A stretch of DNA of 32,000 nucleotides, from NCBI RefSeq assembly GCF_000260965.1, contig NC_017856.1:2430001-2462000 (forward strand), in the 5' to 3' direction. A program made the translations under genes and the position numbers. Within the stretch, counting starts at the first letter, position 1, and the number at the start of each line of letters is the position of its first letter. The stretch is from Methylophaga frappieri. GTDB lineage: Bacteria > Pseudomonadota > Gammaproteobacteria > Nitrosococcales > Methylophagaceae. The notes below the pieces were generated by a model. The model did not search any database. It was not told the DNA's origin and saw only the letters and a program-made list of their open reading frames with translations. Positions 1 through 9,668 of the stretch are shown piece by piece.

Positions 1-1187
1 AGCGTCAGGAAGACCATATTGAATTGATCGCCTCCGAAAATTACACCAGTCCACGTGTGATGGAAGCACAAGGTAGTGTCTTAACGAACAAATATGCCGA
101 AGGTTATCCGGCCAAACGTTACTATGGTGGTTGTGAGCATGTTGACACGGTTGAGTCATTAGCCATTGAGCGCGCTAAGACCCTGTTTGGTGCAGATTAT
201 GCCAATGTGCAGCCGCATTCTGGTTCACAGGCAAATGCGGCGGTATATTTAGCACTGCTTCAGCCTGGAGATACCATTCTTGGTATGAGTTTGGCGCATG
301 GTGGTCACCTGACCCATGGCGCTAAAGTCAGTGCTTCAGGAAAAATCTATAATTCAATTGCTTACGGTATCAATACCGAAACAGGGGAAATTGATTATGA
401 TGAAGTTGCCGCACTAGCAAAACAACACCAACCGAAAATGGTTGTTGCCGGTTTTTCTGCCTATTCCCGTGTCATTGATTGGCAAAAATTCCGTGAGATT
501 GCGGATTCTGTTGGTGCCTACTTGTTGGTAGATATGGCGCATGTTGCCGGATTAGTAGCGGCCGGTCTGTATCCGAATCCGGTTCAGATCGCAGATATCA
601 CCACAACGACTACTCATAAAACCTTGCGTGGCCCCCGCGGTGGACTTATTCTGGCTAAAGCGAATCCGGAAATCGAGAAGAAATTAAATTCTGCCGTTTT
701 CCCTGGTTTCCAAGGCGGACCGCTGATGCATGTGATTGCCGCTAAAGCGGTGGCTTTTAAAGAAGCGATGTTGCCCGATTTTAAAACCTACCAGCAACAA
801 GTCATCGTCAATGCCCAGGCAATGGCAAAGGTTTTTATGGAGCGAGGGTATGATGTTGTATCAAAAGGTACAGATGATCACTTGTTCCTGGTCAGCTTTA
901 TTGAGGCCGGTTTAACGGGTAAAGAGGTTGATGCCTGGCTGGGGGCGTCTCATATTACCGTTAACAAAAATGCAGTGCCAAATGATCCCCAATCACCATT
1001 TGTGACTTCAGGTATTCGGGTTGGAACGCCAGCAGTGACCACACGAGGCTTTAATCAGCAGGATTGTACTGATTTGGCCAGTTGGATGTGCGACGTGATA
1101 GATAGCCGTGGTGCAGAAGAGGTAATTGAGGCGACAAAGTCCAAAGTAAACGATATTTGTGGTCGCCTTCCGGTTTATGCCAACTAA
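1..1187 (+). CDS. glyA: serine hydroxymethyltransferase, 5' end cut by window edge
   Basis: The frame is open from nt 3 ([25 protein letters not shown]), a conserved SHMT block that lies well inside the protein. The PLP-lysine context [14 protein letters not shown] is present. Stop TAA at 1185-1187. Confidence 0.97.
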   Translation, partial: RQEDHIELIASENYTSPRVMEAQGSVLTNKYAEGYPAKRYYGGCEHVDTVESLAIERAKTLFGADYANVQPHSGSQANAAVYLALLQPGDTILGMSLAHGGHLTHGAKVSASGKIYNSIAYGINTETGEIDYDEVAALAKQHQPKMVVAGFSAYSRVIDWQKFREIADSVGAYLLVDMAHVAGLVAAGLYPNPVQIADITTTTTHKTLRGPRGGLILAKANPEIEKKLNSAVFPGFQGGPLMHVIAAKAVAFKEAMLPDFKTYQQQVIVNAQAMAKVFMERGYDVVSKGTDDHLFLVSFIEAGLTGKEVDAWLGASHITVNKNAVPNDPQSPFVTSGIRVGTPAVTTRGFNQQDCTDLASWMCDVIDSRGAEEVIEATKSKVNDICGRLPVYAN

Positions 1188-1208
1188 TCTAATAGTGAGT
1201 GATTGACG

Positions 1209-1679
1209 ATGCGTTGTCCTTACTGCGGTGCGGCGGACTCCAAAGTGGTGGATTCACGGTTATCTGCAGAAGGTGACGCAATTCGTCGTCGACGCATGTG
1301 TGTGATTTGTAATGAGCGATTCACGACTTATGAAACGGCGGAGTTAAGTCTGCCGAGATTAGTGAAACGCGATGCCTCGCGTGAGGCATTTGACGAACAA
1401 AAATTACGTGCTGGTATCATGCGTGCACTTGAAAAACGCCCGGTCAGCACCGATGCCATTGATCACGCTGTAAAGCAAATCACTCGCAAAATATGGGCAA
1501 CCGGCGAACGTGAAATTGACAGTCGTTTGGTCGGTGACTGGGTGATGGATGCGCTTCGTGAACTGGATGAGGTGGCTTATGTGCGTTTTGCCTCTGTTTA
1601 TCGCAGTTTTCAAGATGTGAATGCATTCCGTGAAGAAATTGAGCGGATGGAAAACCAGCAGGATGGGAAAGATCAATAA
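1209..1679 (+). CDS. nrdR: transcriptional repressor NrdR (Zn-ribbon + ATP-cone)
   Basis: MRCPYCG...[12 protein letters not shown] zinc ribbon followed by an ATP-cone-like region. ATG 1209 is preferred over the TTG at 1203 used by the ORF track. Confidence 0.95.
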   Translation: MRCPYCGAADSKVVDSRLSAEGDAIRRRRMCVICNERFTTYETAELSLPRLVKRDASREAFDEQKLRAGIMRALEKRPVSTDAIDHAVKQITRKIWATGEREIDSRLVGDWVMDALRELDEVAYVRFASVYRSFQDVNAFREEIERMENQQDGKDQ

Positions 1680-1742
1680 TCTCATCAAGCCGATCTCAGC
1701 AGCGACGATGATGTGCAATCTCGTAATAAGGGATGCGTGCTA

Positions 1743-2840
1743 ATGCCCAGCCACCAGGAATTTATGGCGCGGGCGATTGTGCTTGCTAAACGAGGCCTTT
1801 TTACGACAGATCCGAATCCACGTGTTGGCTGTGTCCTTGTTAAAAATAATGAAATTCTTGCCGAAGGCTGGCACGAGATTGCGGGTCAACCCCATGCGGA
1901 AAGGCATGCACTTGCAAAAGCCGGCGCGACGGCGAAAGGGGCTGATTGTTACGTCACCTTGGAACCATGTAGTCATGTTGGGCGAACGCCCCCTTGTGCA
2001 GATGCATTGATAGAAGCCGGTATCCGACGTGTTGTGATTGCGATGAAGGACCCTAATCCCAAGGTGGCAGGGAAAGGGATTGCGCGTTTAGAAAAGGCGG
2101 GCATTGATGTCATATGCGGTGTCTTATCGGAGCAAGCCGCACAACTTAACCCTGGTTTTATTCAACGAATGGAGCAGGGTCGTCCTTTTGTTCGCAGTAA
2201 AATTGCCATGAGTCTGGATGGCCGAACAGCCATGGCCAGTGGCGAAAGCAAATGGATAACCAGTCTGGATTCAAGACGAGATGTGCAAAAACTCAGGGCG
2301 AGAAGCAGTGCGGTATTAACGGGGATTGGTACTATTTTAAAGGACGATCCCTTATTGACTGTCCGAGCAGAGCCAGACTGGTATCAAAGTGAGTATGTCA
2401 GACAGCCATTGCGCGTCGTTGTGGACAGTCAATTACGGTTCCCCGAGCAAGCAAAAATGAGGCTGGATGGGAATCCACTGTTAATCATCACTGCCAAAAC
2501 AATCTCAGAACAGCCAACAACAGAAACCGTGCATATTGCTAATGCAAATGGTCAGGTAGATCTCCGTGCGCTGATGCACTTTTTGGCCAAACGTGAGATG
2601 AATGAGGTGATGGTTGAGGCAGGGGCAATCCTTAATGGGGCGCTTTTGCAAGCCAGACTGGTTGATGAATTGATTTTCTATGTTGCTGCCAAGCTTATGG
2701 GAGATAATGCCAGAGGTGCTTTTTCGGTGCCGGGTATGTTGCAGATGGCGCAAAATATTGATTTAGACATTACGGATATGCGCGCAATCGGCAGCGATTG
2801 GCGAATAACGGCAAAACCAATATATAACGAGGCTTTTTAA
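1743..2840 (+). CDS. ribD: bifunctional riboflavin biosynthesis deaminase/reductase RibD
   Basis: Deaminase zinc motifs HAERHAL and PCSHVGRTPPC, with a C-terminal reductase domain. The internal ATG at 1743 (MPSHQEFMARA) is the likely start; the ORF track starts at 1713. Confidence 0.95.
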   Translation: MPSHQEFMARAIVLAKRGLFTTDPNPRVGCVLVKNNEILAEGWHEIAGQPHAERHALAKAGATAKGADCYVTLEPCSHVGRTPPCADALIEAGIRRVVIAMKDPNPKVAGKGIARLEKAGIDVICGVLSEQAAQLNPGFIQRMEQGRPFVRSKIAMSLDGRTAMASGESKWITSLDSRRDVQKLRARSSAVLTGIGTILKDDPLLTVRAEPDWYQSEYVRQPLRVVVDSQLRFPEQAKMRLDGNPLLIITAKTISEQPTTETVHIANANGQVDLRALMHFLAKREMNEVMVEAGAILNGALLQARLVDELIFYVAAKLMGDNARGAFSVPGMLQMAQNIDLDITDMRAIGSDWRITAKPIYNEAF

Positions 2841-3485
2841 ATGTTTACCGGGATTATTGCCGCATTGGGTCAGGTAACCACACTACAACCCAAAGGGGGC
2901 GATTTACGTTTACACATTGATATCGGCAAGCTGGATAGAAGTGATATCAAACTGGGCGACAGTATTGCCATTAATGGGGTTTGTTTGACCGTTGTTCAGA
3001 GTGACGGCGTGCAATTAGCGTTTGATGTGTCAAAAGAAACCATTGATCGCAGCAGCTTACAAAGCTTAAAAACAGGTAATAAAGTTAACCTTGAAAAGGC
3101 TTTGGCCGTTGGCGACAGATTGGGTGGCCATTTTGTGAGCGGACATGTTGATGGACTGGGCCGGATAACAGCGATGCAGGAAGTTGCACGTTCATGGCAA
3201 ATTACGGTGGCTGTACCAGCTGACTTACAACGATATATCGCTGAAAAAGGCTCAATCTGCATTGATGGTGTCAGCCTGACGGTGAACAGTGTCAACCGTG
3301 ATGGCTTTATGGTTAATATTATTCCTCATACGATGCAAGAGACTATTATCCAAGATTATCAGATCGGAACGAAGGTCAATCTTGAAGTGGATTTGATTGC
3401 ACGGTATTTGGAGCGATTATTGCCTGATGCACCCCAAAAATTGACGCCGGAATTTTTGAAACAGCATGGGTATCTTTCAACATGA
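2841..3485 (+). CDS. ribE: riboflavin synthase (alpha chain)
   Basis: MFTGIIAALG N-terminus and two internally duplicated lumazine-binding repeats (the second begins GHFVSGHVDG). 214 aa. Confidence 0.95.
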   Translation: MFTGIIAALGQVTTLQPKGGDLRLHIDIGKLDRSDIKLGDSIAINGVCLTVVQSDGVQLAFDVSKETIDRSSLQSLKTGNKVNLEKALAVGDRLGGHFVSGHVDGLGRITAMQEVARSWQITVAVPADLQRYIAEKGSICIDGVSLTVNSVNRDGFMVNIIPHTMQETIIQDYQIGTKVNLEVDLIARYLERLLPDAPQKLTPEFLKQHGYLST

Positions 3486-4591
3486 AATTGAATAGTACGG
3501 AAGAGATTCTCACTGACCTGCGCGCTGGAAAAATGGTCATCATTATGGATGATGAAGACCGCGAAAATGAGGGTGATCTGGTCATGGCCGCGGAGAAAGT
3601 TACCTCAGAGGCGGTTAATTTTATGGCTAAGTATGGTCGTGGACTGATTTGTTTGACCTTGACTGAGGCACATACCAGACAGCTACGCTTGCCTTTGATG
3701 GTGTCCGATAATCAAACCCCGCATGCGACTAATTTCACAGTATCCATTGAAGCTGCACACGGTGTGACAACAGGCATTTCAGCGGCAGATCGCGCGCTCA
3801 CGATTCAAAAAGCAGTGCATCCGGACGCCAAGCCAGAAGACTTGGTGCAACCGGGCCATATATTTCCCCTTAAAGCCCAAGCAGGTGGCGTACTGACTCG
3901 GGCAGGCCATACTGAAGCAGGATGCGATTTAGCGCAGTTAGCGGGGCTATCGCCTGCGGCCGTTATTGTTGAAATTTTGAATGATGATGGCAGTATGGCT
4001 CGGCGGCCTGATCTAGAGGAGTTTGCAGCCCAGCATCAGTTAAAAATCGGCACAATTGCCGATCTCATCAGTTATCGACTGCAAAACGAGATGACCATCA
4101 AATCGATGTCATCTTGTCACTTTCCGACAGAATATGGTGACTTTGTTTTACACAGCTATCAGGATAGTGTGAGCGCGCAGGTGCATTTGGCCTTGGTTTA
4201 TGGTGATATTCAGTCGGAGGATGAAACCTTGGTTCGGGTACACATGGCTGATCCTTTGAGTGATTTGTTATTGTCGCAACGAGAACCAACACACTGGCCA
4301 TTGCCTGCCGTGATGCAGCGCATACAACAAGCGGGTAAAGGCGTGCTGGTCGTCTTGCGGCAGCCCGAGAAAAATAAACAACTTGCCGCGAAAATTGCCC
4401 GTTATCAGCAAGAAGATCAGGGTCAGAATCAAACCTCATCTAAAACAGGTTGGGACATGCGGACATTTGGTGTCGGCGCTCAGATTCTGGCTGATCTCGG
4501 TGTTAGAAAAATGCGCGTCATTGGCACCCCGACCAAGTTAACCGGTGTTTCCGGTTTTGGCCTTGAACTTGCGGGCTATCTGGAGGAATAG
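3482..4591 (+). CDS. ribB: 3,4-dihydroxy-2-butanone-4-phosphate synthase fused to a degenerate GTP cyclohydrolase II-like domain (RibBX type)
   Basis: The N-terminal half has DHBP synthase motifs (DDEDRENEGDL, GHTEAG). The C-terminal half aligns to RibA, but the HSECLTGD...RCDCG zinc site reads HMADPLSD...REPTHW with no cysteines. Confidence 0.9.
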   Translation: MKLNSTEEILTDLRAGKMVIIMDDEDRENEGDLVMAAEKVTSEAVNFMAKYGRGLICLTLTEAHTRQLRLPLMVSDNQTPHATNFTVSIEAAHGVTTGISAADRALTIQKAVHPDAKPEDLVQPGHIFPLKAQAGGVLTRAGHTEAGCDLAQLAGLSPAAVIVEILNDDGSMARRPDLEEFAAQHQLKIGTIADLISYRLQNEMTIKSMSSCHFPTEYGDFVLHSYQDSVSAQVHLALVYGDIQSEDETLVRVHMADPLSDLLLSQREPTHWPLPAVMQRIQQAGKGVLVVLRQPEKNKQLAAKIARYQQEDQGQNQTSSKTGWDMRTFGVGAQILADLGVRKMRVIGTPTKLTGVSGFGLELAGYLEE

Positions 4592-4593
4592 AC

Positions 4594-5745
4594 ATGTCAG
4601 AAAACGGGCAGATATTCATTGTTGCTGGCGAAGCCTCAGGTGAAGCGCACGCTGCTCGTTTAATCACGGCATTAAAACGTCGTGCACCTCACCTGTACAT
4701 TGGCGGTATTGGTGGTGAAGCGATGCGTGCTGCGGGCGCAGACATTGTTCAAGACTTTGATGAATTAGCGGTGATGGGACTGTTTGAAGTCCTAAAAAGC
4801 TACTCGCGGATTAAATCTATTTTCAATGAGACAGTCAGTCGTTTAAAGCGCGAACGCCCTGACCTATTGATTTTAGTCGATTACCCCGGTTTTAATTTGA
4901 AGCTCGCCAAGCAAGCCAAAAAACTGAATATTCCTGTTCTTTATTACATCAGCCCCAAAGTCTGGGCCTGGCGTCCAAGACGCATCAAGCAAATTAAAAA
5001 AACGGTCGATCATATGGCGGTGTTATTTCCATTTGAAGAACCGATTTATCAGCAGGCTGGTGTGCCAGTGACCTGTGTTGGCCATCCTTTAGTCGATGCT
5101 GTCAGCACGGAGATGACGAGTGATGCGGCAAAATTGAAGTTTAACCTGGTGCCTCAGCATCGTGTGATTGGCCTATTTCCGGGGAGTCGTCGCAGTGAAA
5201 TTGAAGCCTTGCTCCCGATCATGCTGGCTGCGGCTGAACGTATACAACAGCGCCACTTTGATGTGAGTGTGGTGCTCCCTTTGGCACCGGGAATTCCATT
5301 TGATTACGTCAAAACTTTCATTGAGCAGACTCGCTTGCCAGTTCAGGTTGTGCAGGGCGATTTCTATGATTTGATCAAGGCCTGCGATGCTATCGTGGCG
5401 GCATCCGGCACCGTTACGCTGGAAATTGCCCTGTTGGGCACACCGCATTTGTTGGTTTATAAAGTATCCCCTTGGACTTATCGAATTCTGAAACGGCTGG
5501 TCAAAATACCGCATGTGGGCTTGTGTAATATTATGACTAATAAGCCATTAGTAACCGAGCTACTGCAAGAAGACGTCAATGCGGTGAGACTGGATCAATT
5601 ACTGACGGATTTATTGACTCATCCACACAGTAAACAACGTGCTGAAAAGGTTCAACAGCAGGTACGCAGCGCATTAGGGCCAACTGGTGGTGCAGATAAT
5701 GCAGCGCAGTTAGTGCTGAAAATGATGCAGCGTAAAAACGATTAA
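4594..5745 (+). CDS. lpxB: lipid-A-disaccharide synthase
   Basis: Typical LpxB N-terminus [17 protein letters not shown] and a length of 383 aa. The GGAGGA RBS lies inside the end of the preceding gene. Confidence 0.95.
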   Translation: MSENGQIFIVAGEASGEAHAARLITALKRRAPHLYIGGIGGEAMRAAGADIVQDFDELAVMGLFEVLKSYSRIKSIFNETVSRLKRERPDLLILVDYPGFNLKLAKQAKKLNIPVLYYISPKVWAWRPRRIKQIKKTVDHMAVLFPFEEPIYQQAGVPVTCVGHPLVDAVSTEMTSDAAKLKFNLVPQHRVIGLFPGSRRSEIEALLPIMLAAAERIQQRHFDVSVVLPLAPGIPFDYVKTFIEQTRLPVQVVQGDFYDLIKACDAIVAASGTVTLEIALLGTPHLLVYKVSPWTYRILKRLVKIPHVGLCNIMTNKPLVTELLQEDVNAVRLDQLLTDLLTHPHSKQRAEKVQQQVRSALGPTGGADNAAQLVLKMMQRKND

Positions 5746-6308
5746 TGCTCATCGCTGGTGTGGATGAGGTTGGCAGGGGCCCGTTAGCGGGCCCCGTTGT
5801 GACCGCAGCCGTTATTCTAGATCCAAACTATCCAATCAACGGCCTGGCCGATTCCAAAACGCTATCGGAAAAGCGTCGAGAAGCATTGGTGCCTCAAATT
5901 CAGCAATACGCACTTGCCTGGGCAATGGGGCGAGCGGAAGTACATGAGATAGATCAGCTTAATATTCTGCAAGCCAGTCTGTTGGCGATGCGGCGTGCAG
6001 TGATGGCACTAATGGTGACGCCCGATAAAGTTCACGTTGATGGTATTCATGCACCAGATCTGCCCTATCCTGTGCAAACGATCATTAAAGGCGATCAACA
6101 TGATTTGGCGATTGCGGCGGCGTCGATACTTGCCAAGGTGTCACGTGATCAGGAAATGCAACGGTTAGATCAGCAATATCCTGGCTATGATTTGGCAAAA
6201 CACAAAGGTTACCCGACAGCGGCACATCGAGAAGCTTTAAAAAAGTTAGGTCCGAGTGCAATTCATCGCCGATCATTTCGACCCGTGCAACTGAGTTTAT
6301 TATCATGA
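5745..6308 (+). CDS. rnhB: ribonuclease HII
   Basis: [16 protein letters not shown] catalytic N-terminus. 187 aa. The start overlaps the lpxB stop (TAATG). Confidence 0.95.
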   Translation: MLIAGVDEVGRGPLAGPVVTAAVILDPNYPINGLADSKTLSEKRREALVPQIQQYALAWAMGRAEVHEIDQLNILQASLLAMRRAVMALMVTPDKVHVDGIHAPDLPYPVQTIIKGDQHDLAIAAASILAKVSRDQEMQRLDQQYPGYDLAKHKGYPTAAHREALKKLGPSAIHRRSFRPVQLSLLS

Positions 6309-6359
6309 AGCTACACTTCGCATTCACCTTGTCGTCGATAAAACTAAGCATGGTATTAT

Positions 6360-7730
6360 TTGCAGCTTATGTTATCTCTTAATCACGTCATCGATAAAAT
6401 CAAACAGGTCACAACGGCTCGCAAACAGCGCGATGGGGCTGGTACGCCGCCACGTATCGTGAGTCGTGCTGAGCACAATATTTCTCGTAAGGTCATCAGC
6501 CCCAGTGCATTAAAAGTGTTATATACCCTGAAAGATGCGGGATACGATGCGTATCTGGTTGGGGGCTGTGTTCGCGATATTTTACTGGGATACGAACCCA
6601 AAGATTTTGATATCGCGACCAACGCGCTACCAGAACAGGTTCATCAATTATTTCGACGCAGTCGCATGATTGGTCGGCGATTCAAATTAGTGCATGTTCG
6701 TTTTGGTCGCAATGAAATTATTGAGGTGGCCACGTTTAGGGCGCCACCGGAAGCCGAAAACCAGCAAGATGGCCGGATCATGCAGGACAATGTCTACGGC
6801 ACTCTGGAACAAGATGCCTGGCGGCGTGATTTTACGATCAATGCCTTATACTACAATATTGCTGACTTTACGATTGTGGACTATACCGGTGGTATTGCGG
6901 ATCTCCAGCAGGGGTTGATTCGATTGATTGGGGAGCAACGAGTCCGCTATCGCGAGGATCCGGTCAGAATGCTGCGGGCCTTGCGCTTTAAAGCGAAACT
7001 TGGCTTGGCATTAGAATCCGTAACAGAAAAACATATTACCGAACTTGCTGCCTTGCTCAAGGATATCCCGCCAGCACGTCTGTTTGATGAAACGCTTAAA
7101 CTTTACCTTAGTGGTCAAGCAGTACAAACCCATCAACTTCTTTGTCAGTATGGAATTTTTGAAGCGTTATTTCCACAAACGGCCGCTTGCTTGCAAACAG
7201 AAGGGCATGAGGAGGCTCGCCGTTTATTGATGGGGGCTTTAGAAAATACCGATAGGCGACTTCAGCAAGGGAAGCCGGTGACCCCAGCCTTTTTATTCGC
7301 CGCGATTTTGTGGGCGCCACTGCGACAACGCTGGCTGCAACTGAGTCAAAAAATGAGTGATATGCCAGCCATACAGCGCGCCGCGGGTGATATTCTGGCA
7401 GAACAAATTCAACTGGTGGCGATTCCCAAGCGATTCAGCCTGGTGACGCGTGATATCTGGACATTACAACCACGATTGGCACGACGGCAAGGTAAACGGG
7501 CATTTGCGTTGCTTTTACATCCCAAGTTCCGTGCTGGTTACGATTTTTTGGCGTTGCGTGCTGAGGCAGGTGAGCCACTGCAAGCACTCACGGAATGGTG
7601 GACAAATTTTCAGCAAGCCTCAGCAACAGAACAAGCAGAAATGGTGAAAAATTTGCCTGATGCCGCACCAGCTAAGCGAAAATCCAGACGTCGTCGTCGG
7701 CGTCGACCTGCAGCGAAAAAACCAGAATAA
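6360..7730 (+). CDS. pcnB: poly(A) polymerase I
   Basis: Nucleotidyltransferase core LVGGCVRDILLGYEPKDFDIAT and RRDFTINALYY, with an arginine-rich C-terminal tail. The start is ambiguous between TTG 6360 and ATG 6369, and neither has an obvious SD. Confidence 0.93.
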   Translation: MQLMLSLNHVIDKIKQVTTARKQRDGAGTPPRIVSRAEHNISRKVISPSALKVLYTLKDAGYDAYLVGGCVRDILLGYEPKDFDIATNALPEQVHQLFRRSRMIGRRFKLVHVRFGRNEIIEVATFRAPPEAENQQDGRIMQDNVYGTLEQDAWRRDFTINALYYNIADFTIVDYTGGIADLQQGLIRLIGEQRVRYREDPVRMLRALRFKAKLGLALESVTEKHITELAALLKDIPPARLFDETLKLYLSGQAVQTHQLLCQYGIFEALFPQTAACLQTEGHEEARRLLMGALENTDRRLQQGKPVTPAFLFAAILWAPLRQRWLQLSQKMSDMPAIQRAAGDILAEQIQLVAIPKRFSLVTRDIWTLQPRLARRQGKRAFALLLHPKFRAGYDFLALRAEAGEPLQALTEWWTNFQQASATEQAEMVKNLPDAAPAKRKSRRRRRRRPAAKKPE

Positions 7731-8218
7731 TGCGTGTATATATTGGTCTTGGCAGTAATCTAGCAGATCCCGAACAACAGATTCGACAGGCACTACGCAA
7801 CCTGAAAGCATTACCAAAAACGCAATACATCGCTGCCTCCAGTTTGTATCGCAGTCCACCGATGGGACCGGCGGATCAACCCGATTATCTTAATGCGGTT
7901 GCTGCGGTTGAAACCGACTTATCACCATTAGACTTGTTGCAGGCATTACAACAAATTGAAAAACAGCATGGGCGTGAGCGCCTTCGCCATTGGGGGGAAC
8001 GAACGCTGGATCTAGACATCTTGCTGTATGATCAAAGGCAGATTCAGGAGCCCTTACTCACTATCCCGCATCCGGGACTGACGACGCGGGCTTTTGTGGT
8101 CAGGCCATTACATGAAATTGCGGGTGATGTTCTGATCCCCGGCCATGCAAACTTAGGCCAATATGTAGCGGCATTAGCTGATGCCCACTGTGAAAAGCTT
8201 AAAGACGGTAAATTATGA
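7730..8218 (+). CDS. folK: 2-amino-4-hydroxy-6-hydroxymethyldihydropteridine pyrophosphokinase (HPPK)
   Basis: IGLGSNL N-terminus, ERTLDLDILLY and IPHP motifs. 162 aa. Conserved pcnB-folK linkage. Confidence 0.93.
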   Translation: MRVYIGLGSNLADPEQQIRQALRNLKALPKTQYIAASSLYRSPPMGPADQPDYLNAVAAVETDLSPLDLLQALQQIEKQHGRERLRHWGERTLDLDILLYDQRQIQEPLLTIPHPGLTTRAFVVRPLHEIAGDVLIPGHANLGQYVAALADAHCEKLKDGKL

Positions 8219-8874
8219 AAAATCTCCCTCATCGTTATATTGTCGTCGAAGGTCCGATTGGGGTGGGGAAAACGCACCTGGTGAAACGATTAGCAGAGAG
8301 TTTTTCTGGTAACACGCTCCTGGAAGCCCCTGAGCAAAACCCTTTTCTGGAAAAATTTTATCTTTATCCCAAGCAATCTGCCTTGCCGACGCAGCTGAGT
8401 TTTCTCATGCAACGTGTCAAGTTAGCGAAAACGCTGCAGCAGGATGATTTATTTACCGCACTGCATATTGCGGATTTTATGATCGAAAAAGACAGGCTGT
8501 TTGCACAGATTGCGCTGGATGATGATGAATTAGCCTTATATAACATGGTCTATGACAACTTGACCTTGCACCATCGTACGCCTGATTTGGTCATTTATTT
8601 GCAGGCGTCTCTACCGGTACTGAAAAGTCGTATCAGCCAGCGCGGTATTGCTTATGAACAACATGTTGAAGATGCTTATTTAAAGCGCTTAGCGGATACT
8701 TATGCCGACTTTTTCCATTACTACGATGCCTCACCATTACTCATTGTCAATGCAGAACAGATTGATTTAGTCCATAGCGAGGCTGACTATCAGCAGTTAC
8801 TGGATCAGATTTGTACCCTGCAAAGCGGGCGTCAGTACTACAACCCCTTACCCGTTAAAGAACCAAAAACATGA
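8215..8874 (+). CDS. deoxynucleoside kinase-family P-loop protein, substrate uncertain
   Basis: P-loop VEGPIGVGKTHL at the N-terminus and dNK-like length (219 aa). The LID-like segment is RISQRGIAYEQ. The ERS-type motif appears degenerate (DFMIEKDRLFA). Confidence 0.7.
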   Translation: MKNLPHRYIVVEGPIGVGKTHLVKRLAESFSGNTLLEAPEQNPFLEKFYLYPKQSALPTQLSFLMQRVKLAKTLQQDDLFTALHIADFMIEKDRLFAQIALDDDELALYNMVYDNLTLHHRTPDLVIYLQASLPVLKSRISQRGIAYEQHVEDAYLKRLADTYADFFHYYDASPLLIVNAEQIDLVHSEADYQQLLDQICTLQSGRQYYNPLPVKEPKT

Positions 8875-9668
8875 GCCGTTTATCATTAAGTCATTTGCGA
8901 AAAATGAAAGCCGCACATGACAAGATTGCTGTATTGACTGCCTACGATGCCAGCTTTGCACAACGCGTTGAACAAGCGGGTGTTGAGGTGATTTTGGTCG
9001 GTGACTCACTTGGTATGGTGATTCAAGGTCAGGAGAGCACCGTGCCTGTCACGGTTGATGATATGGTCTATCACACGCAAAGCGTGGTGCGCGGCAGTCA
9101 AAAAGCATTCATTATCGCCGATCTGCCTTTTATGAGTTATGCCAACGTTGATCAGGCGATTAGCAATGCTGCCCGATTGATGGCGAAAGGCGGCGCACAA
9201 ATGGTGAAACTGGAAGGCGGCGCAGATTTTGTACCAGTTATTCAGGGACTGACAGCAAGAGGAATACCGGTGTGCGCTCATTTGGGGTTACTCCCTCAGT
9301 CTGTGCATCGTTTAGGTGGTTATTTTGTTCAAGGAAAAGCACAGAGCGACGCAGAAAATATGTTGCGTGAGGCGCAACAACTTGAGCAAGCAGGTGCAGA
9401 CATGTTGGTTTTAGAATGCGTACCAGCGGCATTAGCCGCCAAAATAGCACAGTGTTTAACAATCCCGGTCATTGGTATTGGTGCTGGTGCAGAATGTGAT
9501 GGTCAAGTACTGGTATTGTATGACATGTTGGGTATCACGCCGGGTAAGCGTCCCCGGTTCAGCCATGATTTTTTGCAAGAGAGTGGTGGCCAGGTTTCTG
9601 TGGCAATCGAGCATTATGTGCAGGCGGTCAAGCAGGGCACGTTTCCTAATGCTGAGCAACAATTCTGA
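8871..9668 (+). CDS. panB: 3-methyl-2-oxobutanoate hydroxymethyltransferase
   Basis: KIAVLTAYDASFA and VGDSLGMV motifs. 265 aa. Confidence 0.96.
   Translation: MSRLSLSHLRKMKAAHDKIAVLTAYDASFAQRVEQAGVEVILVGDSLGMVIQGQESTVPVTVDDMVYHTQSVVRGSQKAFIIADLPFMSYANVDQAISNAARLMAKGGAQMVKLEGGADFVPVIQGLTARGIPVCAHLGLLPQSVHRLGGYFVQGKAQSDAENMLREAQQLEQAGADMLVLECVPAALAAKIAQCLTIPVIGIGAGAECDGQVLVLYDMLGITPGKRPRFSHDFLQESGGQVSVAIEHYVQAVKQGTFPNAEQQF

Noticed and set aside
1404-1718. 104-aa antisense ORF across nrdR, and similar antisense ORFs in ribD, ribE, ribB, lpxB, rnhB, pcnB, panB, proS, fumA, clpA and cobO.
   Set aside because: Each is nested opposite a confidently identified gene of normal length and has no motifs or RBS. 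They are typical shadow ORFs.
1680-1742. Possible FMN riboswitch upstream of ribD.
   Set aside because: Only about 60 nt is available and no RFN-like conserved helices are present. The rib genes here appear to be read through from nrdR, as in other Gammaproteobacteria.
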